From an uncultured Candidatus Saccharibacteria bacterium (GTDB lineage: Bacteria; Patescibacteriota; Minisyncoccia; Phycocordibacterales; Zambryskibacteraceae): DNA of 64,000 bases. This document shows positions 8,863 to 17,825 of this stretch, piece after piece. Every line of letters starts with the position of its first letter. The stretch's first letter is position 1. The notes beneath the pieces are model-generated. The model did not search any database. It worked only from the letters and a program-made list of their open reading frames with translations, and was not told the origin of the DNA. The DNA lies in contig CAZOQP010000002.1 of the NCBI GenBank assembly GCA_964582295.1, forward strand, positions 8,563 through 72,562. Reading direction: 5' to 3'. The position numbers were made by a program, and so were the translations under genes.

Positions 8863-9048
8863 TTACCTCTTTCTCAAGCCCTGAAATGAAAGGTAGGCAC
8901 CCAGGACTACTGCTACCCAGCTCGCTCCCATCGGGACAAGGGTGTCACCTAAAGCTAAAGGTACGCTTTGCACTATCCTCCACAGGTGGACAAGCGTCAC
9001 CAGAAGAAAAATAACGCCCGCAATCTTTACGAATGTTCTTTGTTCCAT
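8863..9048 (-). CDS. small membrane protein (61 aa)
   Basis: Two hydrophobic helices. A terminator immediately downstream on the minus strand. Confidence 0.35.
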   Translation of the reverse strand: MEQRTFVKIAGVIFLLVTLVHLWRIVQSVPLALGDTLVPMGASWVAVVLGAYLSFQGLRKR

Positions 9049-9063
9049 GATATTTATTTACTT

Positions 9064-9441
9064 CTATGAAAATATTATAGCAAGACAAAGGAGGACTCCT
9101 CCTGCAAAACCAGTGAATATGTCCAGGAGGGAATCGGGGAGTGTCGGGGCGTATATCATTATTTCCGGTATGAGCCGGTTCCAGCCGAATTCCCAAACTT
9201 CCCACAGAAAGCTTCCGAAAGTTGCGGCCGCCACGACGGAGAAATATTTTAAAGCAGCAGAGGAATATTCTGTGCGCCGTGTGAACCACAGAAAAAAACA
9301 TCCGAGCATTACACCGCTTATGATGTGAAGGATGATATCTGTGTACCAGAATGTGTAATAAAGCCCGAGATTTCTCGCCGCGAGGTGCCCCGCGGCGACC
9401 ACTATTGCGAGAATTATGCCTATATACAGATATCGGCGCAT
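9064..9441 (-). CDS. integral membrane protein, unknown function
   Basis: 4 predicted TM segments. Start moved to MRRYLYIG because the longer ORF (to 9501) would run through the terminator of the upstream gene. Confidence 0.4.
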   Translation of the reverse strand: MRRYLYIGIILAIVVAAGHLAARNLGLYYTFWYTDIILHIISGVMLGCFFLWFTRRTEYSSAALKYFSVVAAATFGSFLWEVWEFGWNRLIPEIMIYAPTLPDSLLDIFTGFAGGVLLCLAIIFS

Positions 9442-9481
9442 ATATAAAATGGAGACGAGCTCCGAATACTTTTTTATCTTT

Positions 9482-9516
9482 AAAAAAATCAAACCCGCCA
9501 CTGGGGTGGCGGGTTT
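9482..9516 (-). terminator. intrinsic terminator for the 10336-9530 gene
   Basis: Minus-strand cccgccaccccagtggcggg followed by tttgattttttt. Nearly the same hairpin recurs at 11244-11276. Confidence 0.5.
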
Positions 9517-9529
9517 ATGTACAGAGCTT

Positions 9530-10336
9530 TCACTTTAGATATTGCAGTGCTTCCAAAAAGTAAGCACCTGCAAGGCTCCAGTCAACCGGGTCAAGTGAGT
9601 TTCCGCTCGGCCGGAGTTTGCCTTGAGCGTCAATGCTTATATCGGGAAACTCTTTCGCAAGAGGTCCGACCAAGTCCACCTTACCTGGTCCGAGTCCACC
9701 AGCTGCAACGAGGCCGATACCTGGGAACCTCTCTTGGATAGCTTGTGCGAATGGGAGAAGGAAGGGGGCATCCATACCTTTTCCTTTTCCTCCACTTTTA
9801 TCCAGAAGAACCCGATGAATTATTCCTTCGTAATCTTCCAGTTTCCTGACAACCAAGTCTCTGTCATTTCCTGCCGCATCAAGGGCCTTTTCTCCGACCT
9901 GGAGTATCACTTCTACCTTTTTACGGGATGTATGAACTCCATGTGCGACCTGGCCTGGATCAGGCCACGGCATGTCTAGTTGGATCGCATGGATATTGGT
10001 CCCGCCAAAGGTAATCGCCCTGGCAAGACTTCTCCACACTTCCGGGTCGCAACGGTCGTAATCTGCATAGTGGAGACAGTTGTAAACATTCTTTGAAGCG
10101 AAGATGCTGGCGATATGTTCCTTTGCCGGAAAAGCTTTTGACCACTTCGTATCCAGGCCATGAAGCGTTTTGTAGCTCATCATGACCCCGACATGAAGTA
10201 ATCTTTTGGAGCGATACGTGCGATGCATCTGGAAAATCTTGAGCATGGCCTGCACCTGCTCAAAACTTGTGAAATCGGTGATGCCGATATACGGTCGAAG
10301 GACCATCTTGCTCTCCTTGTTGAGTTCTGAATTCAA
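9530..10336 (-). CDS. TIM-barrel protein of the phosphoribosylanthranilate isomerase (TrpF/PRAI) family
   Basis: C-terminal half aligns by eye to TrpF: VLLDKSGGKGKGMD vs VLDNGQGGSGQRFDW, and LVAAGGLGPGKV vs LLAGGLGADNCV. No other trp genes are in the window. Confidence 0.45.
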   Translation of the reverse strand: MNSELNKESKMVLRPYIGITDFTSFEQVQAMLKIFQMHRTYRSKRLLHVGVMMSYKTLHGLDTKWSKAFPAKEHIASIFASKNVYNCLHYADYDRCDPEVWRSLARAITFGGTNIHAIQLDMPWPDPGQVAHGVHTSRKKVEVILQVGEKALDAAGNDRDLVVRKLEDYEGIIHRVLLDKSGGKGKGMDAPFLLPFAQAIQERFPGIGLVAAGGLGPGKVDLVGPLAKEFPDISIDAQGKLRPSGNSLDPVDWSLAGAYFLEALQYLK

Positions 10337-10397
10337 TACTACCTATTTATATAAACATGTACAATGACCGAAGAGTTTTGTACAAAAGCATTCATCT

Positions 10398-10622
10398 ATG
10401 GGAGGCACCATGTTCGCATTCTTTCGCCGATTGTTCGGCAGGGCTCCGCGCAAACCGGAAACTGATACTGAAAGATTAAAAAGAATTGTGAAGGAATTCA
10501 TTCGCAGACAGCGAAGAGATAGAGACTCGCTTGAGCCGGCTTACAGAGTGGACGGTTGTCAGGTGGTAGTGGGGGAAGCGAGGCCTTTGGCAGACAACTT
10601 CAAAGGAAGTAACGAGATCTGA
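10398..10622 (+). CDS. hypothetical small basic protein
   Basis: ORF with an internal alternative start at 10410 preceded by GGGAGG. Terminator immediately downstream. Confidence 0.3.
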   Translation: MGGTMFAFFRRLFGRAPRKPETDTERLKRIVKEFIRRQRRDRDSLEPAYRVDGCQVVVGEARPLADNFKGSNEI

Positions 10623-10631
10623 AGTAAAGAG

Positions 10632-10669
10632 ACCCGACGAAACTTTAAGTTTCGTCGGGTTGTTTGTTT
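10632..10669 (+). terminator. intrinsic terminator
   Basis: acccgacgaaac-ttta-agtttcgtcgggt followed by tgtttgttt. Confidence 0.6.
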
Positions 10670-10721
10670 ATAAAAAGAAAACCCGCCTCCGCAAGGATTT
10701 GGGTTTCCTTCGCGGGGCGGG

Positions 10722-10961
10722 CTATGAATGGCCATCCCCTTTGAAAATGCGAAGACAGAGGACCAACCTTTCCATGTCCGTTCTCGAGATGAATGGAGGG
10801 AGCACTATGCTAAAGGTGTCTGGTATCGGGCCCCTCTGCACTACGATCCACTCCTTGAGCTCGGTGCTTCGGAAACAGACACCATGTCCATCCTCCATTG
10901 AACGTCTTACCTGGCTTTCGAAAAGTACAGGCTCTCTTTCCTCGAAATCGATATATCCCAT
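10722..10961 (-). CDS. hypothetical protein (79 aa)
   Basis: ORF followed on the minus strand by an imperfect GC hairpin and T-run (10676-10721). Confidence 0.35.
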   Translation of the reverse strand: MGYIDFEEREPVLFESQVRRSMEDGHGVCFRSTELKEWIVVQRGPIPDTFSIVLPPFISRTDMERLVLCLRIFKGDGHS

Positions 10962-10982
10962 ACATGCCTCGGCGAGTTAGAG

Positions 10983-11198
10983 TCATTGGGCGTCGTCAGC
11001 AGCGCATTCATTCGAGCAATAAATCGCTAACTGCGAAGGGGGTATGGGATTCATACACACTTCATTCTCACACAATCTGCCGTGCGGATGTCCATCAGGT
11101 AACCACCCATTGTCGCCACAAATTGAGCAACCATGCCCACCGCAACCGCCACACTGGACCGCATTGCTAGGGAAGTCCTTATTCCTTGGGATATCCAT
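10983..11198 (-). CDS. small Cys-rich (zinc-finger-like) protein
   Basis: 10 Cys in 71 aa, including CGGCGGHGCSICG and CENEVC...CSNEC. Confidence 0.35.
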   Translation of the reverse strand: MDIPRNKDFPSNAVQCGGCGGHGCSICGDNGWLPDGHPHGRLCENEVCMNPIPPSQLAIYCSNECAADDAQ

Positions 11199-11243
11199 CG
11201 TGTCTCCATGTTCGGGTCCACGGTTATCTTACATATTTATCCA

Positions 11244-11276
11244 AAAAACTAAACCCGCCAACTGGATGGCGGGTTC
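11244..11276 (-). terminator. intrinsic terminator for the 11531-11283 gene
   Basis: Minus-strand cccgccatccagttggcggg followed by tttagtttttt. Confidence 0.5.
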
Positions 11277-11282
11277 GTTGGG

Positions 11283-11531
11283 TCAGTCTTGAGCTCTTTT
11301 TCTCTGCCAATTTTGCCATGCAAGAATCCACCAGCCGGAGGAAATAAGTATAAGACTTGCGAAGGTGAAATAGAGCCCGAGTGTCCAAATCACGAATACG
11401 TTGATGGTGAGAATAATCGCCGTCATAAGGCATGTTGCGAGGGCGGGCTTCTCACTACTTGTCATTGAGGGAATCAGGGCGACAAAAAACATTACCTGCC
11501 CAATCCCGAGTATCACATCTTGCCAAGTCAT
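11283..11531 (-). CDS. small membrane protein (82 aa, 3 TM)
   Basis: Hydrophobic throughout. No motif. Confidence 0.4.
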   Translation of the reverse strand: MTWQDVILGIGQVMFFVALIPSMTSSEKPALATCLMTAIILTINVFVIWTLGLYFTFASLILISSGWWILAWQNWQRKRAQD

Positions 11532-11652
11532 GTCGCGCTCCGCTGATAGAGTTTAGAGAACGTCTGTTTTCAGAATGCTCTAATGACCGTTTATTGTCAA
11601 TTACTGGAAGCTAAAAATTGGAAACCGAGTCTCCAATTTTTGGCTGTTTTTC

Positions 11653-14295
11653 CTATGCGGGGCGGATCATGTGCTTGATCTGTGCCTTATCCGAATTACC
11701 TTGTCTGCTCCTAAAGAACCACTTTGCTATCTCTATCAGCCCAATGTTTAAGAGGCCGATCAATGCAACGCCGATCACCCAGATGACAGGTAACGCCACT
11801 GTGTTGAAAACCGTTTGCAGTCCGGGTAAATAGATGGCCAGGGCCATAAGAATAATCCCGACGAGGATACCGCCGTTAAGGTATTTGTTTGAGAACAGCG
11901 GATACGAAAAAATACTTCTGTCCAAACTTCGCACTGAAAGAGCAACCAGCAATGTGTATGTTCCGAACGCCGCAAAGATAAATGTGCGCACGATGGTCTC
12001 GTCGTAGCCGAGTCGCATCAGGGCGTAATAAACAACAAAGAGCAGGGCACTTGTGGAAATGCCAATAACAAGGATAAGGAATTTCATGACCGGATCGAAG
12101 AGTTTTATCTTGCCCCTGTTGAGTGGCTTGTGCGCGAGGCCGTCCGGTTCTTTCTCGAACGCATAAGACATGGCCGGAAAACTATCGGTAAAGAAATTCA
12201 CCCAAAGGATTTGCAGTGCATTAAGTGGTAATGGCAGTCCGGTCAAAAGTGATCCGCCAATAAGAATAAGGCCGTCGGTAACATTAGAGAGCAGGTATAC
12301 GAGCACCTTGCGGATGTTTCCGAGTATCTGCCTACCTTCCTCAATAGCCGCGACAATGGTCTCAAAATTATCATCCAGAAGCACCAAGTCAGCAACACTT
12401 TGTGCCACTTCCGTGCCTGAACCCATAGCTATGCCTACGTCGGCTTGTTTGATGCTTGGTGCGTCGTTTACTCCGTCGCCTGTCATAGCCACTACTTCTC
12501 CCATCTCTTGGTAAAGTTTGGCGATGCGAAGTTTGTCGAACGGCGTGACACGGGAAATAACAGAGAGTTCCGGCAGTCTTTCTCGCAGGGCTTCTTCGGA
12601 CATTTTTGCGAGTTCAGATGCATCTAGTACTGAATGATCACCAAGCTTCATGCCTATTTCTCGGGCAACAGCGAGAGCTGTTCCCCGATGGTCGCCGGTT
12701 AGGATAACTGTTTTAATTCCAGCGTAGCCAACTCTCTCTATGGCGTGCTTGATACCCGGCCGAATAGGATCACGGAATGTAATAAGTCCGTTCCATGATA
12801 GGTGAGATGGTGACAGGTCTTTTGAAAATGAAAAACTCTCTGTGTTAGTAATCTCTTTAGATGCAACGCCGAGGACTCTTTCTCCGGAGAGTGCCAGAGA
12901 ATCAATTTGCAGAAGCATCGCTTCTTTTTCTTTTGCGCCAAGCGATGAATGACCGAGCAGAATATCGGGCGCCCCAAAAAAGACGAGAAGATGTTTGCCC
13001 GATTCCTTGACTAAGGATGCAGAGAATTTTTGTACCGCATTAAACGGCATGCTTTGAAGAACGTGCTCTTTGGCAGTGATATCGGCAAACGTCATTCCTC
13101 TAAGGCCGGCCGAACGAACGAGAGCGGTCTCCATGATCCTGCCATTCATGTGCCACGATTCCGGATCGTCATGCGGATTTTCAATGAGGACATTTGCGTT
13201 CGTCAAAGCTCTATCGAAAAGCTTTTGCTCACTCAACTCAAAAGGGATGATCTTTGACAGCACCATCTTAGCCATCGTCAAGGTTCCGGTTTTATCGGTG
13301 AGTATGATAGTGGCACTACCGAGAGCTTCGGCCGCAACGAGTTTGCGTACTACACCTTTTCGCTTCGCCATTCTCTCCACGCCGACAGCAAGGATAACCG
13401 TCATGGAGATTGGCAGTCCTTCAGGAATAGCAGATACAGCAATAGCAACGGAAGTGAGAAACATCTCAAAACCGGAGTATCCAGCAAGGATACCGATGCC
13501 AAATACAATAAAGGTCAAAACACCGAGTGCGATACTTGAATAGATACTGAAGTTTATGATGGCCTTCTGAAGCGGAGTTTTTTCGTTCTCGGAGATAGCG
13601 ATGAGCGAAGCGATCTTGCCGAGCTCGGTGTTTGAATCTGTACGGCAGACTATGGCGGCACACACTCCTTGGGTGACAAGAGTTCCGGCAAAGATCATGG
13701 AATTCTGATCCGAGAGCCCGGCTGATTCAGGCGATTTATCTGTTGATTTTGATACAGGTAAAGATTCACCGGTAAGCACCGCTTCGTCTACCTGGAAGTC
13801 GTTAATAAACATAACCCGAGCATCCGCTGGTACACGGTCGCCTTGTGCTAGTCGGATGATGTCGCCGGGAACAAGCTCTTCCGCATCAATTTCCCGTTCT
13901 TTGCCATCCCGAATAACTCGTGCTCTTTGTTTGAGGTAGGTTTTAAGTTCCGAAAGCGCACGTTCCGCTTTATTCTCCTGATAGAAGCCCAAGAGGGAAT
14001 TGACGATAACTGCAATGAAAATAAAGGTTGCATCACGGTAGTGCGAAATAGAGAGTGTAATGATACCGGCAACAATAAGAACAAGGATGAGAGGGCTTTT
14101 TAACTGATTTAGAAATATTTTTAATCCAACCGCTTTTTTGGAAGTACTGATAGTATTTTTCCCAAAAACAGAAAGGCGATCCTTAACCTCTTGTGAGGAT
14201 AATCCTTTTTCTGCATCTGTTTCAAATAACCGTGCAGTTTCTTCGGATGATAGATGCCAGAAGTTTTTGTTTTGTATTTGCGTATTTATAAGCAT
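11653..14295 (-). CDS. P-type cation-transporting ATPase (P2-type, Ca2+/Mg2+-like)
   Basis: DKTGTLT phosphorylation motif, the TGDGVNDAPSIKQADVGIAMG hinge motif, ~10 TM segments, 880 aa. Confidence 0.9.
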   Translation of the reverse strand: MLINTQIQNKNFWHLSSEETARLFETDAEKGLSSQEVKDRLSVFGKNTISTSKKAVGLKIFLNQLKSPLILVLIVAGIITLSISHYRDATFIFIAVIVNSLLGFYQENKAERALSELKTYLKQRARVIRDGKEREIDAEELVPGDIIRLAQGDRVPADARVMFINDFQVDEAVLTGESLPVSKSTDKSPESAGLSDQNSMIFAGTLVTQGVCAAIVCRTDSNTELGKIASLIAISENEKTPLQKAIINFSIYSSIALGVLTFIVFGIGILAGYSGFEMFLTSVAIAVSAIPEGLPISMTVILAVGVERMAKRKGVVRKLVAAEALGSATIILTDKTGTLTMAKMVLSKIIPFELSEQKLFDRALTNANVLIENPHDDPESWHMNGRIMETALVRSAGLRGMTFADITAKEHVLQSMPFNAVQKFSASLVKESGKHLLVFFGAPDILLGHSSLGAKEKEAMLLQIDSLALSGERVLGVASKEITNTESFSFSKDLSPSHLSWNGLITFRDPIRPGIKHAIERVGYAGIKTVILTGDHRGTALAVAREIGMKLGDHSVLDASELAKMSEEALRERLPELSVISRVTPFDKLRIAKLYQEMGEVVAMTGDGVNDAPSIKQADVGIAMGSGTEVAQSVADLVLLDDNFETIVAAIEEGRQILGNIRKVLVYLLSNVTDGLILIGGSLLTGLPLPLNALQILWVNFFTDSFPAMSYAFEKEPDGLAHKPLNRGKIKLFDPVMKFLILVIGISTSALLFVVYYALMRLGYDETIVRTFIFAAFGTYTLLVALSVRSLDRSIFSYPLFSNKYLNGGILVGIILMALAIYLPGLQTVFNTVALPVIWVIGVALIGLLNIGLIEIAKWFFRSRQGNSDKAQIKHMIRPA

Positions 14296-14367
14296 TTTTT
14301 ATTTTTCTTGATGCGCTAAGAGCTTTAAGTGCCAGCTCCATGTTATGGATGATGATTAGAACCTGCT

Positions 14368-14535
14368 TTAGTCAGAATTTTTCTTCCTGCTCTTTACTAC
14401 ACCTACAATACCGAGAATAACTATGAAGAGTCCGAGCAATTGCCCTCCGGGGCTATCGTCAATTTCACCATATATAAATAGAAACACACCGAGCGGTATT
14501 GCCATAAAAAAGGACAGCAATCTAATCTTATTCAT
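14368..14535 (-). CDS. unannotated small membrane protein (55 aa)
   Basis: ATG at 14535, stop at 14370-14368. Translation: MNKIRLLSFFMAIPLGVFLFIYGEIDDSPGGQLLGLFIVILGIVGVVKSRKKNSD. Below the ORF-track cutoff. Confidence 0.25.
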   Translation of the reverse strand: MNKIRLLSFFMAIPLGVFLFIYGEIDDSPGGQLLGLFIVILGIVGVVKSRKKNSD

Positions 14536-14601
14536 ACAAAAATATTACCACGACTGTGTGATTAATTAACGGAAATTTGCTCCGACTGACTGCAATAGTA
14601 T

Positions 14602-14650
14602 AAAAAGAAACCGCCCGACCCAGAGAGCCAAGCGGCTTCTGGTCGGGCGG
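14602..14650 (-). terminator. intrinsic terminator of the LysM/M15 gene
   Basis: ccgcccgaccag...ctggtcgggcgg long hairpin, followed on the minus strand by tttcttttt. Confidence 0.5.
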
Positions 14651-14668
14651 TGATATTACTCAAGAACT

Positions 14669-15748
14669 TTAGTTGTCGGCCCCTAGCGGAATCAACAATT
14701 TTTGACCAATCAGGATACGGTATGGCTTGGAGAGGCCATTGACTGCCGCGAGTCGCGCGACGGTGGTCCCGTACGCGTCAGCAAGTGTGGATAAATTATC
14801 ACCCCCAACCACAGCATGTTCTGCCACGGCAGAGATGAACAATCTGTCTCCTTCCCGGATTTCGTTCGGAGAGGAGAGGTTGTTTGCACTTTGAAGCTTG
14901 CGTGTGCTTACTCCATAGCGCTCGGCAATGAGGCTGAGCACCTCGCCGCGCTCCACTCGATGTACCAGCGCCGGAATTCGAAGCTCCTGACCAATGCGAA
15001 TCTGGTCTGAGCGCAGGCTGTTGACGCGTCGAATTGCTGCAACCGAGACGCCGTAGCGTTCGGCAATGAGCGAGAGTGCTTCGCCAGACCGAACGCGATG
15101 CGTAGTCCCAGCCGCCGACACAGGCACTGGCGTCCTAGCCGACGCGCGTACTGTTCCGGCTCGATCAGTTACCACCAATGGCCGACCGTTGAGCCGATTC
15201 ACATAGGCGGCGTACTGCTGCGGGTAAAGTGCCACGTGGTAATGTGGTGGTCTACGCTCGCGCGTCGCATTCAACACTCTTGCACCGTCAAGCGCGAGAA
15301 GTGTTCTCTCAAACCATGTCCTGCACTTGCCGGCTGGGGACAGTCGGAAGTCGACCGCCATTCCGGCCGGATGCACCGAGAGCGGGGAAGCATTGCCGGG
15401 CTGGCGACTGCGCGGCCTTGTGCCGCTGGTGACTACGAGCTTCTGCCTGCATACACTGCGATACTGCTTTGCCAACCGCTCGACAAAAAGCTTGACCTCC
15501 GGGCGTACATAGGGGAATGACACCCTGCCAATAGCGTAGTCTGCATTCCCTGGAAGCCGAACGAGAAGGCCGAGGCGCACAAACCTTGTCACTTCTGCCG
15601 TTGTTTCAAGCAGAGTGAAATCGTGCTCTATCGCGACACGGTGCTGCTCTAGCATTGCCGCGCGCGACCCAATTAAGGTCGCCTGCGCGGGAAGATTGCC
15701 AGCCCAGAAAAGGCAGAGCATGGCAACTGCAATAATGCGGTACAGCAT
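14669..15748 (-). CDS. secreted peptidoglycan hydrolase: M15-type (VanY/LAS-like) zinc peptidase domain fused to three LysM repeats
   Basis: N-terminal signal peptide. SGTRP...VHPAGMAVDF and HYHV (LAS metallopeptidase His ligands). Three LysM units (LSLIAERYGVS twice, STLADAYGTT once). Visibly more GC-rich than its neighbours. Confidence 0.75.
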   Translation of the reverse strand: MLYRIIAVAMLCLFWAGNLPAQATLIGSRAAMLEQHRVAIEHDFTLLETTAEVTRFVRLGLLVRLPGNADYAIGRVSFPYVRPEVKLFVERLAKQYRSVCRQKLVVTSGTRPRSRQPGNASPLSVHPAGMAVDFRLSPAGKCRTWFERTLLALDGARVLNATRERRPPHYHVALYPQQYAAYVNRLNGRPLVVTDRAGTVRASARTPVPVSAAGTTHRVRSGEALSLIAERYGVSVAAIRRVNSLRSDQIRIGQELRIPALVHRVERGEVLSLIAERYGVSTRKLQSANNLSSPNEIREGDRLFISAVAEHAVVGGDNLSTLADAYGTTVARLAAVNGLSKPYRILIGQKLLIPLGADN

Positions 15749-15823
15749 GTTCCACCTCCTAGGCGGTAAACGGTTAGTCAGCGTTTTTAGTTCCTAAATA
15801 ATCAAGGAACAGTACTTTTTTAA

Positions 15824-15852
15824 GTATAGCACCTTTTGATTAAAAAGTCAAG
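15824..15852 (-). promoter_or_regulatory. sigma70-type promoter for the LysM/M15 gene (TTGACT, 17-nt spacer, TATACT)
   Basis: Minus-strand gcTTGACTttttaatcaaaaggtgcTATACTtaaaaa, about 75 nt upstream of the ATG at 15748. Confidence 0.4.
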
Positions 15853-15960
15853 CACCTGTAATGGCTCCGATGATTGGACGAGTTCAGAACTCTCTAGTTG
15901 AGCAGTTCAGGACTCTTAATTGGGTAAATATAGCACAAGAGCTAGAGTTCAGCGGTCTCT

Positions 15961-16302
15961 CTAACCTAGTTTTAAGTAGGTAGTTAGGAAGTCTTTTTCT
16001 TCAACAGGATAGATTGTCAGCTCTGGTATCTTGCTAACTTCAACCCACTCAGGACTATAAGATTGCTTTTCATCCTTGTTATTCGCTTCTACGCTATCTT
16101 TATGAAGCTGTGCTTCGCCTGAGACATATTCACATAGAAATAATGAGTGCTTATCTCCTCTAGGGTCTATAAATTCAAGAAGGTTGTCTTTGAGGTTCGC
16201 TTCTACTGAAGTCTCTTCCTGCAATTCTCTAAGAACCGCTTGATTTAACTCTTCTCCTTCTTCTACTCCGCCACCAGGCAAATACCCAATACTCCTCTCC
16301 AT
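15961..16302 (-). pseudogene. N-terminally truncated NUDIX hydrolase paralogue (113 aa)
   Basis: The Nudix box GGGVEEGEELNQAVLRELQEETS starts at residue 10. The N-terminal beta-strands of the fold are absent, and an in-frame stop lies 6 codons upstream of the ATG. An intact NUDIX gene lies immediately upstream. Confidence 0.4.
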
Positions 16303-16365
16303 TATTGAAACGGTGCATCATCAAAAGTTTACCCTCTCTCAATACGACTGCAGTTGCCCGTGTCC

Positions 16366-16788
16366 TCATTGGAAGTACTTTTCAAGCACATCAAAATAAT
16401 CACTTCCATCATCCACCTCTTTATAATCGTTTTTATCAACCCATCTAAAGTTGTTGTGTTCTTCACTTAAAGAAACTTCACCAGAAAGATATTTAGTCTT
16501 AAAAGCAACCAAATAAACGACCTTTGGATAATTTCGGTGGCTTTTAGGGAACTCGTGATACCAAACAGCAAAGGGATTGAAAACTTCTATCTCAAGACCT
16601 GTTTCTTCTCTAACCTCTCTTTGAAGAGCGGTAATTAGACTAGAAGCATCAGCATCCTTTGCCTCATCTTCTTGAATTTTCCCTCCAGGGAAATCTAGTC
16701 CTTCTACTGGGTCAAACAACACTAGGACCTTTCCGTCTTTTTCAATGAAAGCTTTTTGACCAACACAGAACAAGGCATCATTTTTCAT
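16366..16788 (-). CDS. NUDIX hydrolase
   Basis: Nudix box GGKIQEDEAKDADASSLITALQREVREETGLE. 140 aa. Confidence 0.8.
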   Translation of the reverse strand: MKNDALFCVGQKAFIEKDGKVLVLFDPVEGLDFPGGKIQEDEAKDADASSLITALQREVREETGLEIEVFNPFAVWYHEFPKSHRNYPKVVYLVAFKTKYLSGEVSLSEEHNNFRWVDKNDYKEVDDGSDYFDVLEKYFQ

Positions 16789-17108
16789 ATAAGTTTAAAA
16801 TCTATCATCTTAATAGGCGTATCTAATGAGACCTTATCTCCATAATAACCCCTGTAGTGGTTAAGCATATCTTCTTGGTCCTTATATCCTTCGTGCCCAA
16901 CAAAATCGCTGTCTTCCAGCTCTCCAAGCTTCTTTTCCTTGACCTCAGTTATCTTTCCCTTAGCGAACTCTTCTCCTGTTTCCTTATTAAGCATTAGGAA
17001 GTCATCTCCAACACCAAGACCCTTATCGTCGAACAGTCTCCATGTCGAGGTCTTTTCCCCCGACAGTATCTTTGGAATTAGATGTGGCTTAAACTTCAGA
17101 GTTTTCAT
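16785..17108 (-). CDS. ASCH (PUA-like) domain protein
   Basis: N-terminal ...KPHLIPKILSGEKTSTWR typical of ASCH. ATGA overlap with the NUDIX gene downstream. Confidence 0.55.
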   Translation of the reverse strand: MKTLKFKPHLIPKILSGEKTSTWRLFDDKGLGVGDDFLMLNKETGEEFAKGKITEVKEKKLGELEDSDFVGHEGYKDQEDMLNHYRGYYGDKVSLDTPIKMIDFKLI

Positions 17109-17112
17109 TAAT

Positions 17113-17463
17113 TCAACGCTTAATACCTAGCCTTACTATGGACTTGAAAGAATCAAGTATTTTTCGGTAGATATCCAAAATAAAATTAAAAACAATAATA
17201 AAAAAATAAAAACACATTGATAGTATATAGAATTTGCCTATTGGAGATTTAATTGTTAAATAAATTATACCCGCAATCGGAAATCCATATTTTAGAATGA
17301 AAAGCACTACTACTTTTAGTCTAGAAACTATCTTTTTTGGGTCTGGGTTGTATGTCGTAAAAATTCTGTCAAAAAATGATTTACTAAAGGGCGCAACTAT
17401 CCCGCTGACTATAAAAGTAAAAACTAGAAATATAATTGTTTGTTTATCCATAATAATATACAA
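17113..17463 (-). CDS. integral membrane protein, AT-rich gene of unknown function
   Basis: 3 hydrophobic segments. First gene of the membrane-ASCH-NUDIX operon next to tRNA-Asn. Confidence 0.4.
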   Translation of the reverse strand: MYIIMDKQTIIFLVFTFIVSGIVAPFSKSFFDRIFTTYNPDPKKIVSRLKVVVLFILKYGFPIAGIIYLTIKSPIGKFYILSMCFYFFIIVFNFILDIYRKILDSFKSIVRLGIKR

Positions 17464-17502
17464 ATTTTAATCTAATTTTTAACAGGGTTAAAAAATTAAT
17501 AG

Positions 17503-17574
17503 CTCCCCGGGTAGGATTCGAACCTACGACCAATCGCTTAACAGGCGACTGCGCTACCGCTGCGCCACCGGGGA
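17503..17574 (-). tRNA. tRNA-Asn (anticodon GTT)
   Basis: Cloverleaf folds by hand. Acceptor stem TCCCCGG/CCGGGGA, D-arm GCGC-AGCGGTA-GCGC, anticodon loop CTGTTAA, T-arm GTAGG-TTCGAAT-CCTAC, discriminator G. Confidence 0.85.
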
Positions 17575-17810
17575 ATATTTTTTATGAACTGTCTTCCGCG
17601 ATAACTTTTTAGAGATTTTTCCCTCTTTAATGCGGAAGCTCTGTCGCTATAAACTTCTGAATATATGACTATCCATAAACCGTCATATTGGGAAGTGTAG
17701 CCCTTAAACTTATGTTCGTTATGAAGATCTAATCTTTGGTCTAAATCCTTTGTTTGGCCAATGTAGATCTTATTGTGTTTAGCGTTATGGATTGCGTAAA
17801 CAGTAAACAT
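17538..17810 (-). CDS. GIY-YIG nuclease-superfamily protein (small stand-alone YhbQ/COG2827-like)
   Basis: VYAIHNAKHNKIYIGQTKDLDQRLDLHN... (GIY...YIG motif plus conserved Arg/Glu region). Its 3' end overlaps the first 37 nt of tRNA-Asn. Confidence 0.7.
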   Translation of the reverse strand: MFTVYAIHNAKHNKIYIGQTKDLDQRLDLHNEHKFKGYTSQYDGLWIVIYSEVYSDRASALKREKSLKSYRGRQFIKNIPRWRSGSAVAC

Positions 17811-17825
17811 TTCAATTTACTTATG

